The notes beneath the pieces were generated by a model. That model ran no database searches, was not told where the DNA came from, and was given only the letters and a program-made list of their open reading frames with translations. Position numbers and translations under genes: made by a program. This document shows positions 51,864-63,400 of a stretch of DNA of 64,000 bases, in pieces. Source of the stretch: Eledone cirrhosa (lineage: Eukaryota); assembly GCA_964016885.1 (NCBI GenBank), contig OZ024753.1:8990001-9054000 (forward strand), in the 5' to 3' direction. Numbering within the stretch: position 1 is the first letter of the stretch; each line of letters opens with the position of its first letter.

Positions 51864-52050
51864 CGAAGGAAATGTGGTAAGGAACCAGGTGGACCATAAC
51901 GCACCAAAGTACTCAATACTTGAGGTAGTAGAGTGAGTAATAGGAACCAGTAAGACCCCGACAGCTGAGCTCAAGCCGTTTCGACGGCTAATTCTGTCCA
52001 GAATTAGCCGTCGAAACGGCTTGAGCTCAGCTGTCGGGGTCTTACTGGTT

Positions 52051-52055
<5 letters not shown>
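51862..52055 (-). mobile_element. Penelope-like pLTR remnant with perfect palindrome (51940-52055) of a hammerhead 3' half
   Basis: AGAATTAGCCGTC GAAA CGGC TTGAGCTCA GCTG TC GGGGT on both strands; related pieces at 4465-4540 and 54507-54562. Confidence 0.6.
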
Positions 52056-52098
<43 letters not shown>

Positions 52099-52263
52099 CA
52101 GGTACACATACATATATGTACGTATCAGTTTAGCGGACGCTTATCGTTTTTGGTACGCCTGACCGATTTAACTCACTCGATATGCAAATTAGGCTGCTCA
52201 GCCGTTAATTTTCATAAGGAAAGTATATACTTTCGAACGTTCAACCATCTGGCAGAAGGGTAT

Positions 52264-52306
52264 ACGGTGCTGATGATAGCTAACAAGCTTGAAACTAGTA
52301 CATCGT
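52264..52306 (+). ncRNA. type I minimal hammerhead ribozyme
   Basis: ACGGTG CTGATGA T AGCT AACA AGCT T GAAA CTAG TA CATCGT; 6-bp stem I, palindromic CTAG, GUA site. Confidence 0.85.
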
Positions 52307-52463
52307 TCCTGTGTCAGTGTTGAACAAAAAGGTGACGTGGTTGCCTTAACACCGTACGGCATAAATTCAGGCTGTTCAGTTTGTTTACAAACGAACAAAG
52401 CGGGCGCTATAATAAGCGTCCGCGAAACTGATACGACAATATATGTATGTGTACCTGTATGTA

Positions 52464-52496
<33 letters not shown>

Positions 52497-53217
52497 GCAT
52501 GCTACTGTACGTCTGTATACATATATGTATGTACGTATACATACATACTTACATTTAAGTAAGTGCCATACTAAGAGTGAGAAATGAAATTTCGTTTTCA
52601 TTTTATTACAACTTATATATATATTCAAAATCTAAATCAATCAAATTTTTGCTTAATGCATTTAATATATAAGTATGAACTTTCTGCATATATAGAAGAT
52701 ATATGATAATAATAGTATTTATACTTATATATATAAGTATAAATACTAATATATATAAGTATAAATACTAATGTATATAAGTATGAATACTAATATATAT
52801 AAGTATAAATACTATTATTATCATATATCTTCTATATATGCAGAAAGTTCAGTAAATCAGAAGAAAACTGGTGAGAGAACCAAAGTCAGCCCTTGATGCA
52901 GACATATATATGTCTGCATCAAGGGCTGACTTTGGTTCTCTCACCAGTTTTCTTGGATTTTAACATCAATTCCAATGAGTCCAGGTCTGTGTTTTTTATC
53001 ATTTATTTTGTTTTGACCTGTTTAGCTTGATTTGCTTTTTGGCTGAGGTGGTTTATGCTTTCTTGACCACTATTTCAGTTTTGTATGGCGTTATTATTGT
53101 TTAGCTCTAGTTTTTTAACTATGGAGCGCTTGCCAGCTTTATTTCTGATTTTTGCGTTTCGTATCACCTTTTCTACCCGCCGAAATGCGATTCTCGCTAA
53201 ATCTATATTTGTATTTA

Positions 53218-54194
53218 TATCATCATCATCATCATCAGGTTTAGCGTCCGTGTTCCACGCTTGCATGGGTTTGGACGGGGGTTTTCCCACTTGAGGCAAG
53301 AGTGGTTGTCTTGCTCGCATAGGACTGTCTGGCGGGTTTTCTACAGTTGGATGCCCTTCCTAACACCAACCACATTTACAGTGTGGGGCTGGGAGGTTTT
53401 TACCGTGTTGCCTACACGGCCACATTTACAGCGTGGACTGTGTGTTTTTTGTCATGACACCTACACGATCTCATTTGTTTCGGCCTGGATGTTGTGGGAC
53501 CAACATAACTTTACATTGAAAGGGGCGGTGTGGGTGGGGTGGAGGTGGTGGGACGGGGGTGTGTTTTGATAGAGATGCCTACTGACTGTAGTAGGTTTTT
53601 ACTTTGTATTTAGGTAAGGCGGGTCTTCTCTATTACTGAGTACCGCCAAAGGTCTCGGTCCAGTGACATTGTCTTGGAGAGGTGTAAGCGTGTGAGGTCG
53701 GAATTTATCAGCTCGTCCCATGTTTTTCTGGGTCTGCCTACTCCGTGGCTACCGTCTATCTTTATTGCCCTGCACTTTGTTATACAGCTGTCGTCTTTCA
53801 TGCGCATCACGTGACCGTACCAACGTAGCCTTCTCTCGAGTAAACAACATCTGATCCCTCTTATTTCTAATTTTTTCCTTAGTTCGTTTATGCTTTGCCG
53901 TTCACGTATATTACTATTGCACATCCAGCGGAGCATGCAAGCTTCGTTCCTCTCTAGTCTGCGTATATCCTCTGCACACAATGCCCAGGTCTCACTGTCA
54001 TGCAGCATTGCTGTTCGTATGCAGGCATCGTATAACCTGCCTTTCATTTTTAGGGAGAACCCTCTAGCGGCTAATAGTGGTATAAGCTCTCTGAACTTTT
54101 TCCATCCAGTTCTGACTCTAGCTGTACTTTCAGAGCACCCTCCCCCACTGCTGATTTTGTCACCCAGGTAACGGAAGCTGTCCACTATTTCTAT
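53218..54194 (-). mobile_element. RTE-clade LINE 3' part (ORF end 54194-53610 plus 3' UTR, (ATG)n tail), inverted relative to its 5' part
   Basis: IEIVDSFRYLGD...GWKKFREL...RRLRWYGHV.R...GRPRKTW; continues the protein from IEIVD at 49844. Confidence 0.9.
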
Positions 54195-55251
54195 TATATA
54201 TATATATATATTGGTAAAAGGAAAAGAAAATGCTGACAAACTGTTCCCAGTGAAAGATTAGAGCAAACAACACGGGCGTTCTATCTCAAAATTATTTTTG
54301 AAAAGCATTAGAAATGCGCAACCGGTAAAAACTTTAAACCAAAACTGAATACTAACCAATACTTATTACTAATTTTTACTTATTCCTAATTAAACTATTT
54401 TTCACTGGGAACAATTTGTCAGCATTTTCTTTTCCTTTTACCAATATATCATAACTCGAGTGTTACACCTCTATTCTTTTAAATATATATTCCTTTAAAT
54501 ATATACAGAATTAGCCGTCGAAACGGCTTGAGCTCAGCCATCGGGGTCTTACTGGTTCCTATTATATATATGTATATGGCGGTGGATTGGCAGTATCGGT
54601 AGAGGGTCGGGCACCATGCTTTCCAGCATAGTTACGTCCCTTTACGATCTGTGTTCAAATCCCGCCGAGGTTGACTTTGCCTTTCATCCTTACGGGGTCG
54701 ATAAAATAAAGTACCAGTAATGCACTGGGTAATTGCTGGCCTTGTGCCTAAAATAGAAACAATTATATATATGTATATATATATATATATATGTATATGT
54801 ATATATATATGTATATATATATATTTATATTTATATGTGTGTATATGCATATGTGTGGGGATGTGGTATGTATATGTATGTATGAACTTGTACGATTTCT
54901 ACATGTGAGAGAGTGTATGTATGTATGTAGGCATTTTATGCACGTGTGTGTGTGTGTGATCATGTAAACGTTGATATATTTCTTTATTTATATCCATTAA
55001 TTTTGTTTTTGTTTATAACAGTTATTTTCTTGTAATGCTTGAGATAGGTGCATCCGTTGGATTCTACGCCCATGTTTGGTCATTCTATATGCTTGTTTGT
55101 GTTTTTGCTGGTTCATCCACAGATTTGATGTGATTTTTGTTGTGTTAACACTGATCTGAGGATCAGAGAGTCTTGGAGTCTGTCTGGGGGTGCCATCCCA
55201 GATCACAAGCCAGCTGTTTGGGAAACATTTGTAATATCTTCACTATGTTCT

Positions 55252-55733
<482 letters not shown>

Positions 55734-55881
55734 TATATATATATATAAATATACATGTATATAGTGGTAATTCAACAAATATAAATGATTATAACTGATT
55801 CAAAGCACTCGATAAGTTTTCTGGAGTATAATATTCAATGATATTAAATAAATGGAAACTATATTTATAAAAGCATATTTA

Positions 55882-55938
55882 TTCTATTATATATATTTCA
55901 AGGGTACCAAAACTTTGGTACGCTCTCATCAGATAAAA
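55882..55938 (-). ncRNA. type I hammerhead ribozyme, with inverted internally deleted copy at 55950-56033
   Basis: Minus: TTTTAT CTGATGA GAGCGTACCA AAGTTT TGGTACCCTT GAAA TATATA TA ATAGAA. Confidence 0.8.
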
Positions 55939-56078
55939 CACACTTCGTATTTTATCTGATGAAAGCGTACCAAATATATATAATAGAATAAATATGGTTT
56001 TATAAATATAGTTTCCATTTATTTAATATCATTGTATATATATAGATAGATATAGATATATATAGATATCATATATGT

Positions 56079-56112
<34 letters not shown>

Positions 56113-56215
56113 AAAATAATAGATTAAAGTATAAGCAAAGAATCGCTGCGTTCACCCTTAACGGGATCTTCTGAAACTGAGTTTAATCTGTTATTTTATT
56201 AATTGCTCTACGGTT

Positions 56216-56263
<48 letters not shown>

Positions 56264-56615
56264 TGTTTCCTTGAGCAAGACACTTTATTTCACATTGTTC
56301 CAGTTTACTCAGCTGTAGAAATGAGATAATAGGCACTGGGGTCCCTATCATTCCACTGTAAGGTGGTTGTGGAGGTGCCACGGCAAAAAAGCACCCAGCA
56401 CTCACTGTAAATGAGGTTGGTGTTAGGAAGGGCATCCAGCTGTAGAAATCATGCCAGAATCAGTTCCCATCCCACCCTTGCAAGCAGGGAAAATCGGACG
56501 TAAAATGATGATGATGATATATATATATATAAATATACATGTATATATATATGTCCCAGGGCTCTGATACCATCAACACTATAAACACAGAGCTGGCATA
56601 TCTAAGAACTGATTA

Positions 56616-56675
56616 ACTGCCTGATGAGGACATAGCCATTCATTCAATGGCTATCATCGAAATATATATAGCAGT
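56616..56675 (+). ncRNA. type I hammerhead ribozyme
   Basis: ACTGC CTGATGA GGAC[ATAGCCATT loop AATGGCTAT]CATC GAAA TATATA TA GCAGT; in a 170-bp unit between (TA)n tracts. Confidence 0.85.
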
Positions 56676-56715
56676 AAATAAAGGATTATGAGTCATGCAA
56701 TTGACTTATGTTTCG

Positions 56716-56760
<45 letters not shown>

Positions 56761-56843
56761 GTGAGGTTTTTTTTTACAAAATGAAAAATAACCGAGGTGT
56801 CCTACACGAGTGAAAGTATAAAGAAACCCTCCATCTCAACTCA

Positions 56844-56881
56844 CCTTTTGAAAAGCAGAAGAACTGCGAAACCGGTAGAGG
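56844..56881 (+). ncRNA. decayed minimal hammerhead (core TTGAAAA)
   Basis: CCTT TTGAAAA GCAG AAGAA CTGC GAAA CCGG TA GAGG: all three stems present, two core substitutions. Confidence 0.5.
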
Positions 56882-56950
56882 AACCAAATAAATATATATA
56901 TTTTTTTTTAAAATAAGACTTCAGTTGCATTTTCGATTTCATCTCTTTTT

Positions 56951-57050
<100 letters not shown>

Positions 57051-57099
57051 CCTTATCAAGCCCTCTTCGGATTTTAGTCTTCACATTTATTATTATTAC

Positions 57100-57131
<32 letters not shown>

Positions 57132-57980
57132 TATATAAATACATTTTGGTTATCGTTAGGAATATATATATAAAGTTACTTTTACGTCACCATCATTGTT
57201 TAGGCTCACATTTTACCAAAAAAAATTCCAAAAAGGAATTATAGGGAAAGTCTATTTTTCATTCAGTAACGTGTCTTGTATGCAGCAAAATATGTCTATG
57301 TCAAGAAAGTAGACATATCAATATAGATCTCTGCCACTTGATAATACTGCTTGATATGCCCAGAAAGCATTAAGAATTCACTTTTTATTGTCATGCAAGA
57401 TTGATGCAGTGTAATCTTTTACACATACACCGACTCTATCATCAAAATAATATCAATGTTGTTGAACATACAGAGTATATTATTATCTAAATTTATCAAA
57501 AAATTTCTAGTCTACATGCCTCTCTGCACAGTGAAACAACACAGACCAGAAATTTAATTTTACTTCAGAATAAAGCCGAAAAAACATTTGCCAAGCTAAT
57601 GCGATGATTACTTTAAACAAACAATAGACTAAAAAAGAAACTGTGTCATACTTTTCTTTTGTGTTTTTCAATTTTCTTTCAATTTATATATCTATATATA
57701 TATATATATATATAATATTTATATTTATTTGTTCATTTGTATATTTATTTATTTTATCTATTTATTATATTTATTTATTTGTTTATTCTACATGATGATC
57801 AAGACACATTACTGACCTCAATTTCACCATCTTAATTTTATTAAATATTGGTTATTTTCCATTCTTGCATGAATTTAAAGAGTTCTGCCAAACTACATCA
57901 ATCATCATAACTGATTATAGTCAGGTGTGACAACAATTTGAATATCAATACATTCACTTGGAAGAGTCACAGCAGGTGTC

Positions 57981-58038
<58 letters not shown>

Positions 58039-58067
58039 GTTGTTGTTGTTGTTGTTGTGGAGGGTGA

Positions 58068-58688
58068 TGGAGTGGCAGTATCGGTAGAGCGTGAGACACC
58101 ATGCTTTGCAGCATAGAGTTGAGCCCCTTCGTGATCTGAGTTCAAATCCCGCCAAGGTTAACTTTGCCTTTCAACCTTACGGGGTCGATAAAATAAAGTA
58201 CCAGTCACGCACTGGGGTCGATTCAATCGACTTTTCCTTCACCCAAAATTGCTGGCCTTGTGCCTATATAAGAAATCATTATTATTATTATTATTGGTGG
58301 TGAATTGGCAGTATCGGTAGAGGGTCGGACGCCATGCTTTGACGCAGAGTTACGTCCCTTTACAGTCTGAGTTCAAATCCCGCCGAGGTTAACTTTGCCT
58401 TTCATCCTTACGGGGGCGATAATATAAAGTACCAGTAATGTACTGGGTAATTTGCTGGCCTTGTGCCTAAAGTAGAAACAATTATTATTATTATTATTGC
58501 GGGCGGTGGATTGGCAGTATCGGTAGAGAGTCAGACAGCATGCTTTGCAGCACAGAGGTATGGTCCTTTACAGTCTGAGTTCAAATCCCGCCGAGGTTAA
58601 CTTTGCCTTATGTGGTCGATAAAATAAAATACCAGTAATGCACTGGGGTAATTGCTGGACTTGTGCCAAAAGTAGAAACAATTATTAC
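58068..58688 (+). mobile_element. three head-to-tail SINE-A copies joined by (ATT)n
   Basis: SINE-A motifs three times, preceded by long (ATT)n. Confidence 0.9.
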
Positions 58689-58897
58689 TGCATTCATTAT
58701 ACACCTTTCTAGATGTCTGAGTCTACTCACGACTGCTTAGGAACATAAACCCGTTAGTAAGTGAATGGTTAATACTCGCAAGTCATACACAATAACAAGT
58801 GTTGTTTTGTGTGATGTTTGATGAAAAAATCTTATGTTGAAACAGTTAATATAAAGAGTGGTGAGCTCATGCACTATAATAGGGTGATGACTCTTAA

Positions 58898-60587
58898 CCC
58901 TTTAATATTTACATTGACCAGTAATGCACTGGGTATTTGCTGGCCGTGTGCCAAAAGTAGAAACAAATATTCTATATATACTATTATATTTTCGTGGTAA
59001 AGGTTTTAACCCTTTAGCATTTACATTACTCTATATGTACTATTATATTTTCGTGGTAAAGGTTTTAACCCTTTAGCATTTACATTACTCTATATATACT
59101 ATTGTATTTTCGTGGTAAAGGTTTTAACCCTTTATCATTTACATTACTCTATATATGCTATTATATTTTCGTGGTAAAGGTTTTAACCCTTTAGCATTTA
59201 CATTACTCTATATATACTATTGTATTTTCGTGGTAAAGGTTTTAACCCTTTATCATTTACATTACTCTATATATACTATTGTATTTTCGTGGTAAAGGTT
59301 TTAACCCTTTATCATTTACATTACTCTATATATACTATTGTATTTTCGTGGTAAAGGTTTTAACCCTTTATCATTTACATTACTCTATATATACTATTGT
59401 ATTTTCGTGGTAAAGGTTTTAACCCTTTAGCATTTACATTACTCTATATATACTATTGTATTTTCGTGGTAAAGGTTTTAACCCTTTATCATTTACATTA
59501 CTCTATATATATTATTATATTTTTTTGGTAAAGGTTTTAACCCTTTATCATTTACATTACTCTATATATACTATTATATTTTCGTGGTAAAGGTTTTAAC
59601 CCTTTATCATTTACATTACTCTATATATACTATAAAATTTTCATGCTAAAGGTTTTAACCCTTTATCATTTACATTACTCTATATATACTATTATATTTT
59701 TGTGCTAAAGGTTTTAACCCTTTATCATTTACATTACTCTATATATACTATTATATTTTCGTGCTAAAGGTTTTAACCCTTTATCATTTACATTACTTTA
59801 TATATACTATTATATTTTCGTGGTAAAGGTTTTAACCCTTTATCATTTACATTACTTTATATATACTATTATATTTTCGTGCTAAAGGTTTTAACCCTTT
59901 ATCATTTACATTACTTTATATATACTATTATATTTTCGTGCTAAAGGTTTTAACCCTTTATCATTTACATTACTTTATATATACTATTATATTTTCGTGC
60001 TAAAGGTTTTAACCCTTTATCATTTACATTACTTTATATATACTATTATATTTTCGTGGTAAAGGTTTTAACCCTTTATCATTTACATTACTTTATATAT
60101 ACTATTATATTTTCGTGCTAAAGGTTTTAACCCTTTATCATTTACATAACTTTATATATACTATTATATTTTCGTGGTAAAGGTTTTAACCCTTTATCAT
60201 TTACATTACTTTATATATACTATTATATTTTCGTGCTAAAGGTTTTAACCCTTTATCATTTACATTACTTTATATATACTATTGTATTTTCGTGGTAAAG
60301 GTTTTAACCCTTTATCATTTACATTACTCTATATATATTATTATATTTTCGTAGTAAAGGTTTTAACCCTTTATCATTTACATTACCCTATATATACTAT
60401 TATATTTTTGTGGTAAAGATTTTACCTCACATAATTATTTCAGACACTATCGAATCTATGAGATTTTGATAGTATTTATTTTGAGAACAGTACCTTAACA
60501 TTAGTATGAGTAGCAAGTTATGGCCGGTTTAAACAGAAAGAGGTGAGAGAATTCTGGCCGGATATGGCCAGTTTAAATGCTAAAGAG
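58898..60587 (-). mobile_element. piggyBac-like MITE family 1 with its terminal 59 bp amplified about 25 times
   Basis: 59-bp unit TTAACCCTTTA(G/T)CATTTACATTACT...GGTAAAGGTT from 59006 to about 60420, then remainder of the MITE ending GCTAAAGAG-TTAA. Confidence 0.9.
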
Positions 60588-60899
60588 TTAAAGTTGGAAA
60601 AAGAACTTGCTATTCAGTGGCCAATGACAACTTCTTTTCCCATTTTTTAAGGGTCTTCACCCTAATCTATAGAATATCCATGGTTGTAATACAGATTGAA
60701 CCCAAACATATAATAATACATACAAGAATCGCAAACACAAGGTTCTAAAAACCTTTGCTACGTACAAACCACTTCCTCCCTATGGACAACTGATGCTGCA
60801 AACCAGGTCCGACCATGGAAGAGCAGAACTCCCACTGTCATCGCCTCCATTTCTCTCGCCCTCCCCATCTCTCTGTATTATGAGCAAATGGGGTTCCAT

Positions 60900-60975
60900 A
60901 TGCTGGCCGCCCCATGGCCCTGGTGGACAGAACGGAGAAGGTGTTTCCCTGGAGGATTGTAAGGGAGATGCGGAG
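60900..60975 (-). pseudogene. second CRE-clade C-terminal fragment
   Basis: RISLTILQGNTFSVLSTRAMG aligns with HVSLAVLWGNAFSILSAGAVG at about 15095-15160. Confidence 0.6.
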
Positions 60976-61139
60976 CACACTGCTCTTTATAGATACTCTT
61001 ATACATTGAGAGGGTAATGCTGTCAAAAGACACCCTAGTTAAGTTTTATTTCAAGAAAGGTCTTATTCTTTTAAACAATCAACAATTCCCAGACCTCATT
61101 CACTTACCAAGTGAGGTAGAACTCATTAAATCGGACTGA

Positions 61140-61652
61140 GGAAACAATATTTCCATTGGTCTTTCTATTACTGATACTGTCTACCAGTCATAACTCATGG
61201 CAGAGAATGATCTAGTTTGCATTTATTTTCTATTCTGTTTGAATGCTTGATACCACAAAATTGAAATGGAAACAATATTTCCATTGGTCTTTCTATTACT
61301 GATACTGTCTACCAGTCATAACTCATGGCAGAGAATGATCTAGTTTGCATTTATTTTCTATTCTGTTTGAATGCTTGATACCACAAAATTGAAATGGAAA
61401 CAATATTTCCATTGGTCTTTCTATTACTGATACTGTCTACCAGTCATAACTCATGGCAGAGAATGATCTAGTTTGCATTTATTTTCTATTCTGTTTGAAT
61501 GCTTGATACCACAAAATTGAAATGGAAACAATATTTCCATTGGTCTTTCTATTACTGATACTGTCTACCAGTCATAACTCATGGCAGAGAATGATCTAGT
61601 TTGCATTTATTTTCTATTCTGTTTGAATGCTTAATACCACAAAATTGAAATG
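61140..61652. repeat. 128-bp tandem repeat x4 spanning a SINE-C / R4 junction
   Basis: GAAACAATATTTCC at 61141, 61269, 61397, 61525. Confidence 0.95.
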
Positions 61653-61943
61653 TGGCCTCTTTCAAGTACGGAAGGTGGTTGATGCTTCCACCAATTCTTT
61701 TGATGGGGAAGATCAAAATACTTGTACATTATCCAACATATGTGCAGCTCTGCTGTACGTATTAAGGTATTCAGTTGGAGCTAAGCACATTGAAACAGAA
61801 TGATTAATGGTCTCTGGTTGTTCTTTACATACATGGCATAATGGGTTGCATCTATTTTTTATGATATTGGTTTGATAGTTTTTGTCGGTGGACAGTGATC
61901 TTGTGTTGATATAATCAGTCCTTCAGTTTCCGATATCAGTCCA
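61590..61943 (-). pseudogene. R4/Dong-clade non-LTR fragment (CCHC knuckle and start of RLE), frameshifted
   Basis: GLISETEGLIISTQD..TKNYQ.NI...LCHVCKEQPETINH..S.C..TEY...WWKHQPPSVLE..ISILW..IQT...NAN. Confidence 0.75.
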
Positions 61944-61954
61944 TTATTATTATT

Positions 61955-62365
61955 GTGGATTGGCAGTATCGGTAGAGAGTCGGACGCCATGCTTTGCAGC
62001 ATAGAGGTATGGCTCTTTATGATCTGAGTTCAAATCTCGCCGAGGTTAACTTTGCCTTTCATCCTTACGGGGTCGATAAAATAAAGTACCAGTAATGCAC
62101 TGGGTGTTTGCTGGCCTTGTGCCTAAAATAGAAACAATTATTATTATTTGGATTGGCAATATCAGTAGAGTGTCGGGCACCAAGCTTTGCAGCATAGAGT
62201 TATGGCCCTTTACGTTCTAAGTTCAAATCTTGCCGAGGTTAACGTTGCCTTTCATCCTTACGGGGTTGATAAAATAAAGTACCAGTAATGCACTAGGGTC
62301 GATTTAATCAACTCACCCCTCTCCTTCAAATTGCTGACCTTGTGCCTAAAGTAGAAATAAGTATT
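61955..62365 (+). mobile_element. two tandem SINE-A copies
   Basis: SINE-A motifs. Confidence 0.85.
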
Positions 62366-63400
62366 ATTATTGTTTGTTATTATTGCTGTTGCTATTGCTG
62401 CTACTGTTGTTGTTGTTACTGCTGCTGTTGTTACTGCTGTTGTTGTTGTTGTTACTGTTGTTGTTGTTGTTACTGCTGCTGCTGTTGTTGTTACTGCTGC
62501 TGTTGTTGTTGTTACTGCTGCTGTTGTTGTTACTGCTGCTGTTGTTGTTGTTACTGCTGCTGTTGTTGTTGCTGTTGCTGTTGTTGTTACTGCTGCTCTT
62601 GTTGTTGTTATTGCTGCTGTTGTTACTGCTGCTGCTGTTGTTACTGCTGCTGTTGTTACTGCTGCTGTTGCTATTTCTGTTGTTGTTACTGCTGCTGTTG
62701 TTACTGCTGCTGTTGCTATTTCTGTTGTTGTTACTGCTGCTGTTGTTACTGCTGCTGTTGTTACTGCTGCTGTTGCTATTGCTGTTGTTGTTACTGCTGC
62801 TGTTGCTATTGCTGTTGTTGTTACTGCTGCTGTTGTTACTGCTGCTGTTGCTATTGCTGTTGTTGTTACTGCTGCTGTTGTTACTGCTGCTGTTGTTACT
62901 GCTGCTGTTGCTATTGCTGTTGTTACTGCTGCTGTTGTTATTGCTGTTGTTGTTACTGCTGCTGTTGCTATTTCTGTTGTTGTTACTGCTGCTGTTGTTA
63001 CTGCTGCTGTTGCTATTGCTGTTGTTGTTACTGCTGCTGTTGTTGTTACTGTTGTTGTTACTGCTGCTGTTGCTATTGCTGTTGTTGTTACTGCTGCTGT
63101 TGTTGTTACTGTTGTTGTTACTGCTGCTGCTGTTGTTGTTACTGCTGTTGTTACTGCTGCTGTTGCTATTGCTGTTGTTATTACTGTTGTTGTTGCTGTT
63201 ATTATTACTGTTGCTGCTGTTGCTATTGCTGTTACTGCTGTTGCTGTTATTACTGTTGTTGTTGTTACTGTTGCTGCTGTTGTTGTTATTACTGTTGTTG
63301 TTGTTACTGTTATTACTGTTGTTGTTGTTACTGTTGCTGCTGTTGTTGTTATTACTGTTGCTGCTGTTGTTGCTGTTATTACTGTTGTTGTTATTACTAT
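62365..63400. repeat. compound triplet tract (GTT/GCT/ACT/ATT)n
   Basis: Direct reading; produces poly-L, C/Y, V/A/T and N/S ORFs. Confidence 0.95.

Larger units (their letters stand above)
51756..52558. mobile_element. fold-back element with about 150-bp inverted arms around a hammerhead-containing spacer
   Basis: 51756-51825 plus 52092-52144 are the reverse complement of 52411-52558; left arm interrupted at its (TA)n. Confidence 0.7.

Noticed and set aside
54990-55245. Possible RTE 3' remnants (also 46200-46440, 1940-2110)
   Set aside because: Too degraded to call by eye
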